Part shown: positions 38,997-49,260 of the stretch, piece by piece
Layout: every line of letters starts with the position of its first letter
How positions within the stretch are numbered: the first letter of the stretch is position 1
Assembly: GCA_900771975.1 (NCBI GenBank)
Contig: CAAGPV010000012.1
Span: 132,891-196,890 of the forward strand
Length of the DNA: 64,000 bases
Direction: 5' to 3'
DNA from: an uncultured Prevotella sp.
GTDB taxonomy: Bacteria; Bacteroidota; Bacteroidia; Bacteroidales; Bacteroidaceae
Notes under the pieces: generated by a model
Told to the model about the DNA's origin: nothing
Database searches by the model: none
The model's input: only the letters and a program-made list of their open reading frames with translations
Position numbers and translations under genes: made by a program

Positions 38997-40949
38997 ATGG
39001 ATAAGGAAAAGAAACCCAATAAGGCAACCTGCGGACAGGGGTGTGTCGAAAATGAAGAGCATCAACATGAAGAAGAAGTAGAGATGAAGCCTTGGCAACT
39101 CATCTTGTCGGCAGTGATGCTTGTTTCAGGAATGGCTGTTCCATTGCTTTTCGGGACGTGGCCAGGAGGAGAATGTGTTCGCTTGGTTTGGTTTGTAGTG
39201 GCTTTCTTGCCAGTAGGATTACCTGTGATGGGCGAAGCGTGGGAGGCCATTGCGCAAGAACGCGACTTCTTCAGCGAGTTTATGCTGATGTCTGTGGCTT
39301 GCATAGGAGCGTTCGCCTTGCGTGAATATCCAGAGGCGGTGGCCGTGATGTTGCTTTACTGTGTTGGTGAAATGTTTCAGGACAGAGCCATTGAGCGGGC
39401 GCGAGACAACATAAAGAGCCTTATGGCGTTCCGACCCGACCACGCCGTGGTGGTGGAAAACGGCAAAAAGCAAGTGAAAAGTCCTGAAAGCGTGAAGGTG
39501 GGTGATATTATTGAGGTGAGACCTGGCGACCGTGTGCCCCTCGACGGTATACTTGTTACGGAGGATGCAGCCTTCAACACGGCAGCTTTAACAGGCGAGT
39601 CGATGCCGCGTACGATAGCCAAAGGCAAAGAAGTGCTGGCCGGAATGATAGCAACCGAGTCTGTTTCGCAACTCAGTGTGGAACGCCCTGTGGGCGAGTC
39701 TGCCGTATCGCGCATTTTGGGAATGGTGGAAGAGGCTGCAGAACGTAAAGCTCCTACCGAACTGTTTATCCATCGTTTTGCCCATATCTATACGCCAATT
39801 GTCATTGTGTTGGCAGTATTGACTATTGTGTTGCCTTACGTTTATTCGATGATAGATACCTCTTTTGTCTATCAGTTGGAAGCGTGGGTGCATCGTGCAC
39901 TGGTTTTTCTGGTGATATCTTGCCCCTGTGCTTTGGTTGTCAGCATTCCGCTGAGCTATTTTGCGGGGATAGGGGCAGCCTCCAAACGAGGCATCCTGTT
40001 CAAAGGAGGCAACTATTTGGATGCCGTTACCGAACTGCAGGCGGTGGTGTTTGACAAGACTGGCACCCTCACCACGGGTGAATTTAATGTGACGGAAGTG
40101 GTAGGACTGAGTGAGGAAGACTTGCAACAGGTGTCATCCATAGAACAGTCGTCCACCCATCCCATAGCCAAGGCCATCAATAGGTACTGTCCGCCAACTG
40201 CAACCATTGACGCAAAGAACCTTGCTGGCTACGGGCTAAGTGCCGGTGAGTGGCTGGTGGGCACGCTACGTCTTCTTGACAAGTCTGGCATCACCTATCC
40301 CGAGAAACTTAAAGAAATACCCGATACGATTGTGGCTTGTGCGCATAAAGGCAGGTTTGTAGGATATGTGCTACTGGCTGATACGCTCAAGCAAGACGCC
40401 GAACAAACTGTTGAAAGCTTGCGAAGTTGTGGAGTGGAACGAATAGAAATTCTGTCGGGCGACAAACAGGCGTTGGTTGACAAAGTGGCCCGGCATCTTC
40501 GGGTGGATAAAGGCTATGGAGACTTGCTCCCTCAAGGCAAAGTGGAGCATATAGACCAGTTGCGCAAAGCTGGGGAAAAAGTGGCATTCGTGGGAGATGG
40601 CATCAACGATGCACCAGTCTTGGCCTTAAGCGATGTCGGAATGGCAATGGGAGCGATGGGAGCAGATATGGCTATTGAGACAGCAGACGTCATTATACAG
40701 ACAGATCAGCCATCAAAGGTGGCAGAGGCAATAAGTATTGGGCGGCGTACGCGAGCTATTGTTCACCAAAACATAGTTCTTGCCATCGGCATTAAGCTCC
40801 TTGTGATGGTTCTTGGTGTGTTTGGTGTGGCCAATTTGTGGGAAGCAGTCTTTGCAGATAGCGGCGTAGCACTGTTGGCCGTATTGAATGCCACACGAGT
40901 GTTTATGACTGTTCATCAGCCCAAAAAGGCCAAACGGACTGCTAAATAG
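38997..40949 (+). CDS. Heavy-metal-translocating P1B-type ATPase (Zn/Cd/Pb type)
   Basis: TM6 CPC motif SCPCALVVSIP, phosphorylation site DKTGTLT, hinge GDGINDAP, and a His/Glu-rich N-terminus ENEEHQHEEE without a classical CxxC HMA domain. Confidence 0.85.
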   Translation: MDKEKKPNKATCGQGCVENEEHQHEEEVEMKPWQLILSAVMLVSGMAVPLLFGTWPGGECVRLVWFVVAFLPVGLPVMGEAWEAIAQERDFFSEFMLMSVACIGAFALREYPEAVAVMLLYCVGEMFQDRAIERARDNIKSLMAFRPDHAVVVENGKKQVKSPESVKVGDIIEVRPGDRVPLDGILVTEDAAFNTAALTGESMPRTIAKGKEVLAGMIATESVSQLSVERPVGESAVSRILGMVEEAAERKAPTELFIHRFAHIYTPIVIVLAVLTIVLPYVYSMIDTSFVYQLEAWVHRALVFLVISCPCALVVSIPLSYFAGIGAASKRGILFKGGNYLDAVTELQAVVFDKTGTLTTGEFNVTEVVGLSEEDLQQVSSIEQSSTHPIAKAINRYCPPTATIDAKNLAGYGLSAGEWLVGTLRLLDKSGITYPEKLKEIPDTIVACAHKGRFVGYVLLADTLKQDAEQTVESLRSCGVERIEILSGDKQALVDKVARHLRVDKGYGDLLPQGKVEHIDQLRKAGEKVAFVGDGINDAPVLALSDVGMAMGAMGADMAIETADVIIQTDQPSKVAEAISIGRRTRAIVHQNIVLAIGIKLLVMVLGVFGVANLWEAVFADSGVALLAVLNATRVFMTVHQPKKAKRTAK

Positions 40950-41934
40950 ATTTGAGCCGAATACGACATTCCTCCAGAATGTGTGTCAACTCGTCCACGG
41001 TGGTTGCTCTCAGCATGGCGATGCGCGTCTGACGGAAGTCGGGTATGCCTTTGAAGATGGGGCTTGCTGCAAGATGGCGGCGGGTGTGCAAGATGCCGCG
41101 ATATTCGTCAATGCGTTCCACGTTGATGCGCATTTGCTCTTCCAAAATGTCTATCTTGTCATCGATGGTAAGGGGAGCATCCTGATGTTCCTTGCTTCCA
41201 TCGAGGCATTGCCGTATCTCTTTGAATATCCAAGGGCGTCCAAAAGTGGCACGTCCCACCATAATGGCATCTACGCCATAACATTCAAAGGCGTTGCGCG
41301 CTGTTTCTCCACTGGTTATATCCCCATTGCCAATGATGGGAATGGTGATGCGGGGGTTGTCCTTAACGGCTTTAATCAGACTCCAGTCGGCCTCACCGGT
41401 ATACATTTGGCTTCGGGTGCGTCCGTGAATGGTGAGCGCCTGTATACCGCAGTCTTGCAGTTGCTCAGCAAGGTCTTTGATGATAAGGTTCTCCTTATCC
41501 CATCCTAACCGCGTTTTTACCGTTACAGGCGTCTTTACCGCTTTCACGACAGAACGTGTAATGTCAAGCATTAACGGAATGTTGCGTAGCATACCAGCTC
41601 CAGCTCCCTTTCCGGCTACCTTTTTTACGGGGCATCCGAAATTCAAGTCGATAACGTCAGGATGACTTTGTTCTACAATTTTGGCTGCTTCGACCATAGA
41701 ATCTACATCGCGGCCATAAATCTGTATGCCTACAGGACGTTCCTCATCGCAGATGGTGAGCTTCTTTATGGTAGCGGCAATATTGCGCACCAAGGCTTCT
41801 GCCGATACAAACTCGGTATATACCATAGCAGCTCCAAAACGTTTACAAAGCATTCTGAAGCCAATGTCTGTAACGTCTTCCATGGGCGCAAGGAACACGG
41901 GCTGCTGACCAAATTCAAGATTTCCAATCTTCAT
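40942..41934 (-). CDS. dus: tRNA-dihydrouridine synthase
   Basis: FMN-binding TIM barrel LAPMEDVTDIGFRMLCKRFGAAMVYTEFVSAEALVR...NFGCP. The start is refined to MKIGNLEF (rc cat 41932-41934). The TATCTTTG box lies 8 nt upstream, which makes this a leaderless mRNA. Confidence 0.85.
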   Translation of the reverse strand: MKIGNLEFGQQPVFLAPMEDVTDIGFRMLCKRFGAAMVYTEFVSAEALVRNIAATIKKLTICDEERPVGIQIYGRDVDSMVEAAKIVEQSHPDVIDLNFGCPVKKVAGKGAGAGMLRNIPLMLDITRSVVKAVKTPVTVKTRLGWDKENLIIKDLAEQLQDCGIQALTIHGRTRSQMYTGEADWSLIKAVKDNPRITIPIIGNGDITSGETARNAFECYGVDAIMVGRATFGRPWIFKEIRQCLDGSKEHQDAPLTIDDKIDILEEQMRINVERIDEYRGILHTRRHLAASPIFKGIPDFRQTRIAMLRATTVDELTHILEECRIRLKSI

Positions 41935-42097
41935 ATTGGCTGCAAAGATACACAAATCTTGTCGGATAATGTCGTTTCGAAAGAAAAATGGCAAGTGGCT
42001 TTTTGTGCGTTGTCTACCAAATAGTTGGTAGTAGGGGTGAGAAAGCTTCGTAAATGTGCAGTAATAACAAAAGAAATCGGTAATTTTGCCACTGAAT

Positions 42098-43339
42098 ATG
42101 AACTTTCAGACGATAACACTTACAAACGGACTACGCGTGGTGTGCCTTCCATCAAGCTCAAAAGTGGTCTATTGCGGATATGAGGTAGGCGTGGGTTCGC
42201 AAGACGAGCAAAGCGGAGAAGAAGGCTTGGCCCATTTCTGCGAGCATGTAACCTTTAAAGGAACCAAACGTCGTACGGCCTTACAAGTAATTAACGAACT
42301 TGAAAGCGTTGGGGGAGAACTTAACGCTTTTACGACGAAGAGCGACACGGTGTTTTATGCCGCTGTCCTTGTCAGCCATTTGTCACGTGCTGTTGACCTG
42401 CTGACCGATGTTGTATTCCATTCGGTCTATCCACAAGAAGAGATTGACAAAGAGGTGGAAGTGATTTGTGACGAGATTGAATCGTACAATGATTCTCCTG
42501 CAGAACTTATCTATGACGACTTTGAGAATGTGCTGTTTCGTGGCACTCCTTTGGGTCATAATATTTTAGGGACAGCTTCTCAGGTGCGTTCTTTCCGTAC
42601 GGAAGATGCCAAGCGTTTTACTTCCAGCCACTATCTTCCAGCTTCTTCTGTCTTTTTCGCCTATGGAAACGTTGATATTGGCGTATTGGCCAGTTTACTT
42701 TCTTCTGCTTTTGGCGGAGTGGGCATACGTCCTTCTTCGGAACGTAAACCGCATCCAGCGTCTGCTAATATCGTTTTGCCCCCATTGGATCCTGCTGTCA
42801 ATGTTTTAGACAAAGCCACCCATCAAGCCCATGTTATGTTGGGCAACAGGGCATATAGTCTGCATCATCCGCTTCGCCCGGCATTGGTGTTGCTTAACAA
42901 CATCGTTGGAGGCCCGAGCTTGAACGCACGTTTAAACCTGTCTTTGCGCGAACAACGAGGATTGGTGTATTCTGTTGAAAGCACATTGTTGAGCTATGAT
43001 GCCATAGGAGGTTGGTCTGTCTATTTCGGTTGTGACCCTGCAGATGTTGAACAATGTATAGATTTGGTGAAAGAAGAACTGTGTAAACTGGTTTCCACAC
43101 CACTGTCTGAAGACGAATTGTCGGCTGCCAAACAACAGATGTGCGGACAGATAGGAATAGCTTGTGACAATAGAGAAAACTTTGCATTGGACTTTGGCAA
43201 ATCCGTCCTTCATTTTGGCTATCCCAAAGACCCAGAGATGGTGTGCAAAGAGTTTGATGCCTTAACGGCAGACACTCTCCAGCAAGTGGCAATTGAGGTT
43301 CTCAACCCCGACAAACTCTCAACGCTTATTTACCGGTAA
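42098..43339 (+). CDS. M16-family zinc peptidase (insulinase-like)
   Basis: Inverted zincin motif HFCEHVTFKGT (HxxEH) and no signal peptide. The track ORF starts at TTG 42086; ATG 42098 lies 9 nt after the TAATTTTG -7 box at 42081-42088. Confidence 0.85.
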   Translation: MNFQTITLTNGLRVVCLPSSSKVVYCGYEVGVGSQDEQSGEEGLAHFCEHVTFKGTKRRTALQVINELESVGGELNAFTTKSDTVFYAAVLVSHLSRAVDLLTDVVFHSVYPQEEIDKEVEVICDEIESYNDSPAELIYDDFENVLFRGTPLGHNILGTASQVRSFRTEDAKRFTSSHYLPASSVFFAYGNVDIGVLASLLSSAFGGVGIRPSSERKPHPASANIVLPPLDPAVNVLDKATHQAHVMLGNRAYSLHHPLRPALVLLNNIVGGPSLNARLNLSLREQRGLVYSVESTLLSYDAIGGWSVYFGCDPADVEQCIDLVKEELCKLVSTPLSEDELSAAKQQMCGQIGIACDNRENFALDFGKSVLHFGYPKDPEMVCKEFDALTADTLQQVAIEVLNPDKLSTLIYR

Positions 43340-43347
43340 GGTTAGGC

Positions 43348-43947
43348 CTACAGGTAAAGAATGGCTTCCGGTCCCTCGTTGAAAAGCAAGTCCAAGATGC
43401 TGAGATTGGGCAGGAAACCGTGCTTCTGTGCGTACACTTGATAGTATGGACGCGGTGTGAACCCTTTATCGGGTAGGGGATGCTTGGGTTGAATGGCCTC
43501 GCGATAGTCGTGTTCGGCTTCTCTTGTAAAATTGTTGGTGATTTCCAAACAAGGCTGAAAGTCGATAAGTTCGCACATTTTATCGGTAATGGCCATGTTG
43601 TAGTCGAACAAATAGTCCCATTGTTGTTCGAAAAAGGGATGAAGGTCGTCTGCATAGAATTCAAAAAAAGGACTTTCTCCGTATGCTGACATCAGTGCAT
43701 TCCAATGTAGATGCCGCCAATGACCATGGTTGCTGATGCGTATGTCGCGCATCAAACGACTTTCGCCATGTTCAATGGGGATGGTAAGCGATTGCATTCC
43801 GTTGGTGGTTGCTATCACACAACGGTTGCGATAAGTCTGCTTAACGAAACTTTCTTGTGATTCTATCAAGCATTTGTCAAACCGGTTCAGTTTTTGATAC
43901 CACTGAACCGGTCCGAAATAAGTGCTTGACAAGAGTGCTTCAGTCAT
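43348..43947 (-). CDS. WbqC-like family protein
   Basis: YFGPVQWYQKL...FVKQTYRNRCVIATTNGMQSLTIPI matches the WbqC-family core. Its start codon overlaps the lepB stop (TAATG). Confidence 0.6.
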   Translation of the reverse strand: MTEALLSSTYFGPVQWYQKLNRFDKCLIESQESFVKQTYRNRCVIATTNGMQSLTIPIEHGESRLMRDIRISNHGHWRHLHWNALMSAYGESPFFEFYADDLHPFFEQQWDYLFDYNMAITDKMCELIDFQPCLEITNNFTREAEHDYREAIQPKHPLPDKGFTPRPYYQVYAQKHGFLPNLSILDLLFNEGPEAILYL

Positions 43948-45482
43948 TATTTAATGTTGTCTACCCAACGGAATAAACGGCTCCATCGTATGCCTGCAAG
44001 ACCATGTCGGTCGGGATCTGACGACCACCAAATGAAGATAGGCTTGCCTACGATATGGTCTTCAGGCACAAAACCCCAATAGCGAGAGTCTGCCGAGTTG
44101 TGTCGATTGTCGCCCATCATCCAGTAATAGTCCATTTTGAACGTGTAGCGGTTGGTCTGTTTGCCGTTGATATAGATTTTCCCGTTTCTCACTTCCAGTT
44201 TGTTTCCCTCATAGATACGGATAGGTCGCTCGTAGATAGGAAGGTTTTTAAGCGTAAGCGTGATGCTCTTGCCCTTTTGCGGAATCCATACGGGACCGTA
44301 ATTGTCGCGCGTCCATCCTGTATAAGCATTGAGAGGATAGACCCATCCCGAGAAAAGGTCGGCATCGGTAACGGGGCGTATCGCCTTGACAAGCTTGCGG
44401 GCTTTCAACTGTTGTGCGGCATATTTGGTGAGAGGAAGGTATCCGTCAAACTGTTGGAGTACGGCTTGATTGATGACATTGTTGCTTTCTACATCGTTGC
44501 CGTGAAGGCGACTGAGGCAAGTAACGTCTTCTTCGCTGATGCCGAGCTCTTTGCGAAGGTCGTTAAAGTCATCGCCGAGAAGTTGGGTTGCCGTCAGATT
44601 GTTCAGTTTGACAAAGTAGGTGTATTGTACGTTGTCGGGTTCTTTGTTGGCTTTTCCGTTGAGATAGACAATCTTGTCCTTGATTTGAAGTGTTTGTCCA
44701 GGGAGTCCCACACAACGTTTGACATAGTTTTCGCGACGGTCGGTAGGGCGCCAGTCTATCATGCCATAAGTATTGACATTCTGGAGTATGTAGTTGCGCC
44801 CCATTTTATAGGCTTTTTCGAAGAAGGCACGTTGCTGAAGAGGTGACAATTTCTGGATGTTGCTGTTGCCACCACCTTGCTGCATGATAAGGGCTTCGCC
44901 TATCTGGTAGGTTGTCTGATAATAGTCTTGTGCTTGATAGGGCTCAGCTGTCATGATGGTGTCACCGGCTGGATAGTTGAAAACCACAATATCATTGGCT
45001 TTAACGTTGCCCAATCCTTTCACGCGACGGTATTCCCAATGTGGCCATTCTATGTAGCTCTTGCAGTTGAAGAAAGGCATTGTGTGCTGAGTGAGCGGCA
45101 TCGTGAGTGGTGTCTCGGGGATGCGTGGACCGTAACTGACCTTACTTACAAAGAGATAATCGCCGGTAAGAAGTGATTTCTCGAGTGAGCTGGAAGGTAT
45201 TACGTAGTTTTGGAAGAAGAAAAGATTGATAAAGTAGACTGCAACAAGGGCGAACACGATGGCGTCTACCCAACTCATTACAAAGCGAACAGGCCCTTCC
45301 GAGTCTTTCCACCATTGCCAACGAATCTTCTTGGTGATGTATACGTCATAGATAAAGGGAACTACGAGGAGCCCCCACCAACTCTTTACCCAAAGCAAAA
45401 ACAAAAGGTAAAGAACAAGAACGACGACAAACTTAGTCCATTGCTTCTTGGGATTGAATTTTGATTTTTCCTTGTCTATCAT
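43947..45482 (-). CDS. lepB: Signal peptidase I (long Bacteroidetes form)
   Basis: N-terminal TM, box B IPSSSLEKSLLTGDYLFV (catalytic Ser), and box D/E YWMMGDNRHNSADSRYWGFVPEDHIVGKPIFIWWS. Confidence 0.9.
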   Translation of the reverse strand: MIDKEKSKFNPKKQWTKFVVVLVLYLLFLLWVKSWWGLLVVPFIYDVYITKKIRWQWWKDSEGPVRFVMSWVDAIVFALVAVYFINLFFFQNYVIPSSSLEKSLLTGDYLFVSKVSYGPRIPETPLTMPLTQHTMPFFNCKSYIEWPHWEYRRVKGLGNVKANDIVVFNYPAGDTIMTAEPYQAQDYYQTTYQIGEALIMQQGGGNSNIQKLSPLQQRAFFEKAYKMGRNYILQNVNTYGMIDWRPTDRRENYVKRCVGLPGQTLQIKDKIVYLNGKANKEPDNVQYTYFVKLNNLTATQLLGDDFNDLRKELGISEEDVTCLSRLHGNDVESNNVINQAVLQQFDGYLPLTKYAAQQLKARKLVKAIRPVTDADLFSGWVYPLNAYTGWTRDNYGPVWIPQKGKSITLTLKNLPIYERPIRIYEGNKLEVRNGKIYINGKQTNRYTFKMDYYWMMGDNRHNSADSRYWGFVPEDHIVGKPIFIWWSSDPDRHGLAGIRWSRLFRWVDNIK

Positions 45483-45494
45483 GTGAATGGTTGC

Positions 45495-46250
45495 TTAAAA
45501 CTTAAACATATCGCTGATGGTGAGAAGTCCTTGGTGCTTGGCTGTGTACTCGGCAGCAAGCACAGCCCCGAGCGCAAAGCCCTTTCGGCTATGAGCATCG
45601 TGGGTAATGGTGATTTGGTCGGCGTCGCTATTGTAGCGGATGGTATGTATTCCAGGTACTTCATCGCGCCGAATGCTGGCAATTGGCAATTCGTCGGGGG
45701 CTACCTGCTGGGTTCCACTCTCTGAACCGTCGGCTGCTTTTTGATAGCCTTTCACCCAACGGCTTTTCCTGTCAAGGTCGTTTACTATCTCTTCGGCCAA
45801 TGTTATGGCAGTGCCTGATGGCGCATCCAACTTGTGGATGTGGTGGGTTTCTTCCATTTCCACGTTGTATTGAGGGAAGCCATTCATTATTTTTGCCAAA
45901 TAGCGGTTGACGGCTGAGAAGATGGCAACGCCGATAGAAAAGTTGGACGCCCAGAAAAGCGTTTGCCCTTCTTCGTTGCAAAGTTTCTCGACATCGGCTT
46001 TGTAGTCTTGCATCCAACCGGTAGAACCGCTCACTACCTTGACGTTGTGCTTGAAAGCACGTAGATAGTTGCCATAGGCGGCAGTGGGGTTGGTGAACTC
46101 AATGGCTACATCAGCTTGCGCAAAAGCAGGAGAATCGAAATCTTCAAGGTTGTTGATGTCTATGATACTGACAATTTCGTGACCACGGTCTTTGGCAATT
46201 TGTTCTATCATATGCCCCATTTTACCGTAGCCGATAAGTGCTATTTTCAT
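45495..46250 (-). CDS. dapB: 4-hydroxy-tetrahydrodipicolinate reductase
   Basis: MKIALIGYGKMG (NAD(P)-binding) and ETHHIHKLDAPSGTA (DapB signature). The start is refined to the internal Met. Confidence 0.9.
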   Translation of the reverse strand: MKIALIGYGKMGHMIEQIAKDRGHEIVSIIDINNLEDFDSPAFAQADVAIEFTNPTAAYGNYLRAFKHNVKVVSGSTGWMQDYKADVEKLCNEEGQTLFWASNFSIGVAIFSAVNRYLAKIMNGFPQYNVEMEETHHIHKLDAPSGTAITLAEEIVNDLDRKSRWVKGYQKAADGSESGTQQVAPDELPIASIRRDEVPGIHTIRYNSDADQITITHDAHSRKGFALGAVLAAEYTAKHQGLLTISDMFKF

Positions 46251-46356
46251 TTTGAATGTTGTTAAAAACTCCACAAAGTTAGTGCTTTTTTCGCGCTTAA
46301 ACTTAAGCATTACGGAAAATTTATGTATTTTTGCAAGAATAAACCGCAAATCCGCT

Positions 46357-47652
46357 ATGGAAGAACTGCTTCATTATACATGGCGCCATAAGCTATTTCC
46401 CTCTCGGCCTTTGGCCACCACAGAAGGAAAGGTGGTGGAGGTGATAGATCCCGGACTACCCAACTATAATGCAGGTCCCGACTTCTTTAATGCAAAAATA
46501 AAGATAGACGGAACATTATGGGTGGGAAATGTAGAGATACACGACAAGTCGAGCGATTGGTTTTTCCATGGTCATGATACCGATGAACGTTATGACAACG
46601 TTGTGTTGCATGTGGCTTCGGTGATAGACAAGCCTGTCAAGACCTCTAAAGGCCTGTGTCCTCCTCAGTTGCAAATGGATGTTCCTATGCAAGTCAAGCA
46701 GCATTATAAAGAGCTTTTGGCCACCGACAAGTATCCGCCTTGCTATCAGATAATTCCTCATTTGAGCCGTTTGACCGTCCATTCCTGGATGAGCGCCCTT
46801 CAAACAGAGCGTTTGGAACAGAAAACGGAGGCGATATTGAAACGCATTGCCGACTGTGACGGCTCTTGGGAGGCTGGCTATTTTGTGACATTGGCACGCA
46901 ATTTTGGGTTTGGAATCAATGGAGACGCTTTTGAAGAATGGGCAAAGACCATCCCTCTTCATGCTGTTGACCATCACAGGGATAACCTTTTTCAGATTGA
47001 AGCAATCTTTTTGGGTCAAGCAGGTTTGCTGAATGATGAACTTATTCCTCAACGTTATCGTGACGAAGCGTTGAAAGATGAATACTATCACAAACTACGT
47101 GACGAGTATTTTTTCTTGTCTTATAAGTTCTCTTTGCACCCTATCAATGGCAAACTTTGGCGTTTTCTGCGTTTGCACCCCCAGAATTTTCCGCCTATTC
47201 GCCTTTCTCAAATGGCCAATTTATATTACCATCGTAAAGCAAGTCTATCGCAGTTGGTCGACTGCAAGACGGTTAAAGAGGTACGGCAGTTGCTCTCTAC
47301 CCATCCTTCTGACTATTGGCAAACCCATTATATGTTTGGCAACAGTAGCGAAAAAAAAGAAAAAAGCCTTTCTTCTTCCACGCTCAATCTGCTCATTGTT
47401 AACACTGTTGCCCCAATGTTGTTTGCTTATGGGCGTCATAAAGCAGACGAACAATTGTGTCAGCGGGCTTTCGATTTTTTGGAAGAAATGCCTGCCGAGA
47501 ACAACTACATCGTGAGAATGTGGAAAGAAGTGGGGCTCTCTGTAGATAATGCAGGCGACAGTCAGGCTTTAATTCAACTGAAAAAACAGTATTGCGACCG
47601 TAAAGATTGCTTGCGGTGCAGGATTGGTTACGAATATTTGAAACGTAAATGA
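46357..47652 (+). CDS. Conserved Bacteroidetes hypothetical protein (DUF2851-like)
   Basis: MEELLHYTWRHKLF... N-terminus as I recall for this family. The start is refined to the ATG at 46357, which follows a TATTTTTG -7 box at 46326-46333. Confidence 0.5.
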   Translation: MEELLHYTWRHKLFPSRPLATTEGKVVEVIDPGLPNYNAGPDFFNAKIKIDGTLWVGNVEIHDKSSDWFFHGHDTDERYDNVVLHVASVIDKPVKTSKGLCPPQLQMDVPMQVKQHYKELLATDKYPPCYQIIPHLSRLTVHSWMSALQTERLEQKTEAILKRIADCDGSWEAGYFVTLARNFGFGINGDAFEEWAKTIPLHAVDHHRDNLFQIEAIFLGQAGLLNDELIPQRYRDEALKDEYYHKLRDEYFFLSYKFSLHPINGKLWRFLRLHPQNFPPIRLSQMANLYYHRKASLSQLVDCKTVKEVRQLLSTHPSDYWQTHYMFGNSSEKKEKSLSSSTLNLLIVNTVAPMLFAYGRHKADEQLCQRAFDFLEEMPAENNYIVRMWKEVGLSVDNAGDSQALIQLKKQYCDRKDCLRCRIGYEYLKRK

Positions 47653-48056
47653 ATATGAAATACATCTTTGAAACACAAATGGAAGTACGCGACTACGAGT
47701 GTGACATAGAAGGCATTGTCAATAATGCCAACTATCTTCACTATATGGAACACACCCGCCATCTTTTTCTTCGAAGCCGTGGACTGAGCTTTGCAGCCAT
47801 GCACGAGAAAGGCATTGATGCCGTGGTGGCGCGTATGAACTTGCAGTATAAAACCCCTTTGCGGTGTGATGACTTGTTCAATAGCCGCCTATGGATAGAA
47901 AAGAACGGTTTGCGCTATATCTTTCACCAAGACATTTATCGTGCCAGTGACGAACGCCTGTGTGTCAAGGCTACGGTGGAACTGGTTTGTCTTGTCAATG
48001 GTAAGCTTGCAAACAGTGAGGAATATGACAGGGCATTGCTAACCGAACAACAATAA
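47649..48056 (+). CDS. Acyl-CoA thioesterase (hotdog fold, YbgC/4HBT family)
   Basis: 135 aa. YECDIEGIVNNANYLHYMEHTRHLFL matches the 4HBT active-site region. ATGA overlap with the upstream gene. Confidence 0.8.
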   Translation: MNMKYIFETQMEVRDYECDIEGIVNNANYLHYMEHTRHLFLRSRGLSFAAMHEKGIDAVVARMNLQYKTPLRCDDLFNSRLWIEKNGLRYIFHQDIYRASDERLCVKATVELVCLVNGKLANSEEYDRALLTEQQ

Positions 48057-49186
48057 TGGTAAGCGAACAAGAATGTTATAATGCCTTGATACTGTCGCGG
48101 GTGGGTTTCTTCCACTTGCCGGCAATACTGAAGTTGCTGGACAAGATGGGGTCGGCCACGGAAGTGGTGGAACACAGTAAGGAGATAAGAGAGATATTGC
48201 CAGATGCCTCGGATAGGTTGTTGGCACTTTTTCAAGACCTTGACGAACCTAAACGTCGGGCGGCAGCGGAAATGGCTTTCTGTCAGGAACATCAAATCAA
48301 GGTGCTTACCATGGGCGATGAAGCCTATCCACAACGCTTGAAGGAATGTGCAGATGCTCCGATAGCCTTGTTCTTTCGGGGCAACACCGACCTTAATGCG
48401 GGTCATGTCATTAATATTGTGGGCACACGAAAGGTTACCCAGTATGGACGCGATTTGATTTCACGCTTCGTTAGCGAACTAAGGGAACTCTGTCCTGAAA
48501 CCCTCATATTCAGCGGATTGGCCTATGGTGTAGACATTGTGGCCCATCGGGCAGCTTTGGAAAAAGGTTTTGACACGATAGGGGTGCTTGCCCACGGGCT
48601 TGATGAGATTTATCCACGGGCACATCGGGAGACGGCAATTTCCATGATAGCGCAAGGTGGCCTGCTAACTGAGTATTTTTCACATACTAAAGCCGACAAA
48701 ATCAACTTTGTCAGACGCAATCGTATAGTGGCAGGATGTGCAGATGCCACCGTAATAGTGGAGAGTGCGGCTCATGGAGGAGGCTTGATTACTTGTGGGT
48801 TGGCTCGAAGCTACAGCCGGGATGTATTTGCTTTCCCCGGTGCCATCGGTCAACCATACAGCGAAGGGTGCAATAACCTGATACGAGACAATGGAGCTAT
48901 GTTGTTGACAAGTGCTCACGATTTAGTGAAAGCCATGGGGTGGGAAGGCACAGCCTTGCTGCACAGATCCCAAAAACAAGGCATTGAGCGAACGTTGTTC
49001 CCCAATTTGTCGGAAGAAGAACTGCAAATAGTAGAGGCTTTGCATAGCAATGGTGATATGCAACTTAGCCCATTGTCTGTTCAAGCCTCTTTGCCAGTAG
49101 CGCGATTGTCGGCGCTTTTGTTTGAAATGGAGATGAAGGGAGTTGTCCGTACCCTTGCCGGTGGCACCTATCATCTGTTGGGTTAA
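48056..49186 (+). CDS. dprA: DNA processing protein A (Smf)
   Basis: Rossmann-like core GLAYGVDIVAHRAALEKG...TIGVLAHGLDEIYP...GGLLTEY...RNRIVAGCADATVIVESAAHGGGLITC. TAATG overlap with the thioesterase gene. Confidence 0.9.
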   Translation: MVSEQECYNALILSRVGFFHLPAILKLLDKMGSATEVVEHSKEIREILPDASDRLLALFQDLDEPKRRAAAEMAFCQEHQIKVLTMGDEAYPQRLKECADAPIALFFRGNTDLNAGHVINIVGTRKVTQYGRDLISRFVSELRELCPETLIFSGLAYGVDIVAHRAALEKGFDTIGVLAHGLDEIYPRAHRETAISMIAQGGLLTEYFSHTKADKINFVRRNRIVAGCADATVIVESAAHGGGLITCGLARSYSRDVFAFPGAIGQPYSEGCNNLIRDNGAMLLTSAHDLVKAMGWEGTALLHRSQKQGIERTLFPNLSEEELQIVEALHSNGDMQLSPLSVQASLPVARLSALLFEMEMKGVVRTLAGGTYHLLG

Positions 49187-49260
49187 AACAAAATTATCAG
49201 TTTTTTCACTTTGTGATTACATCAACAAACAGTATCTTTGCAAGCAAAAAATCCACAAAT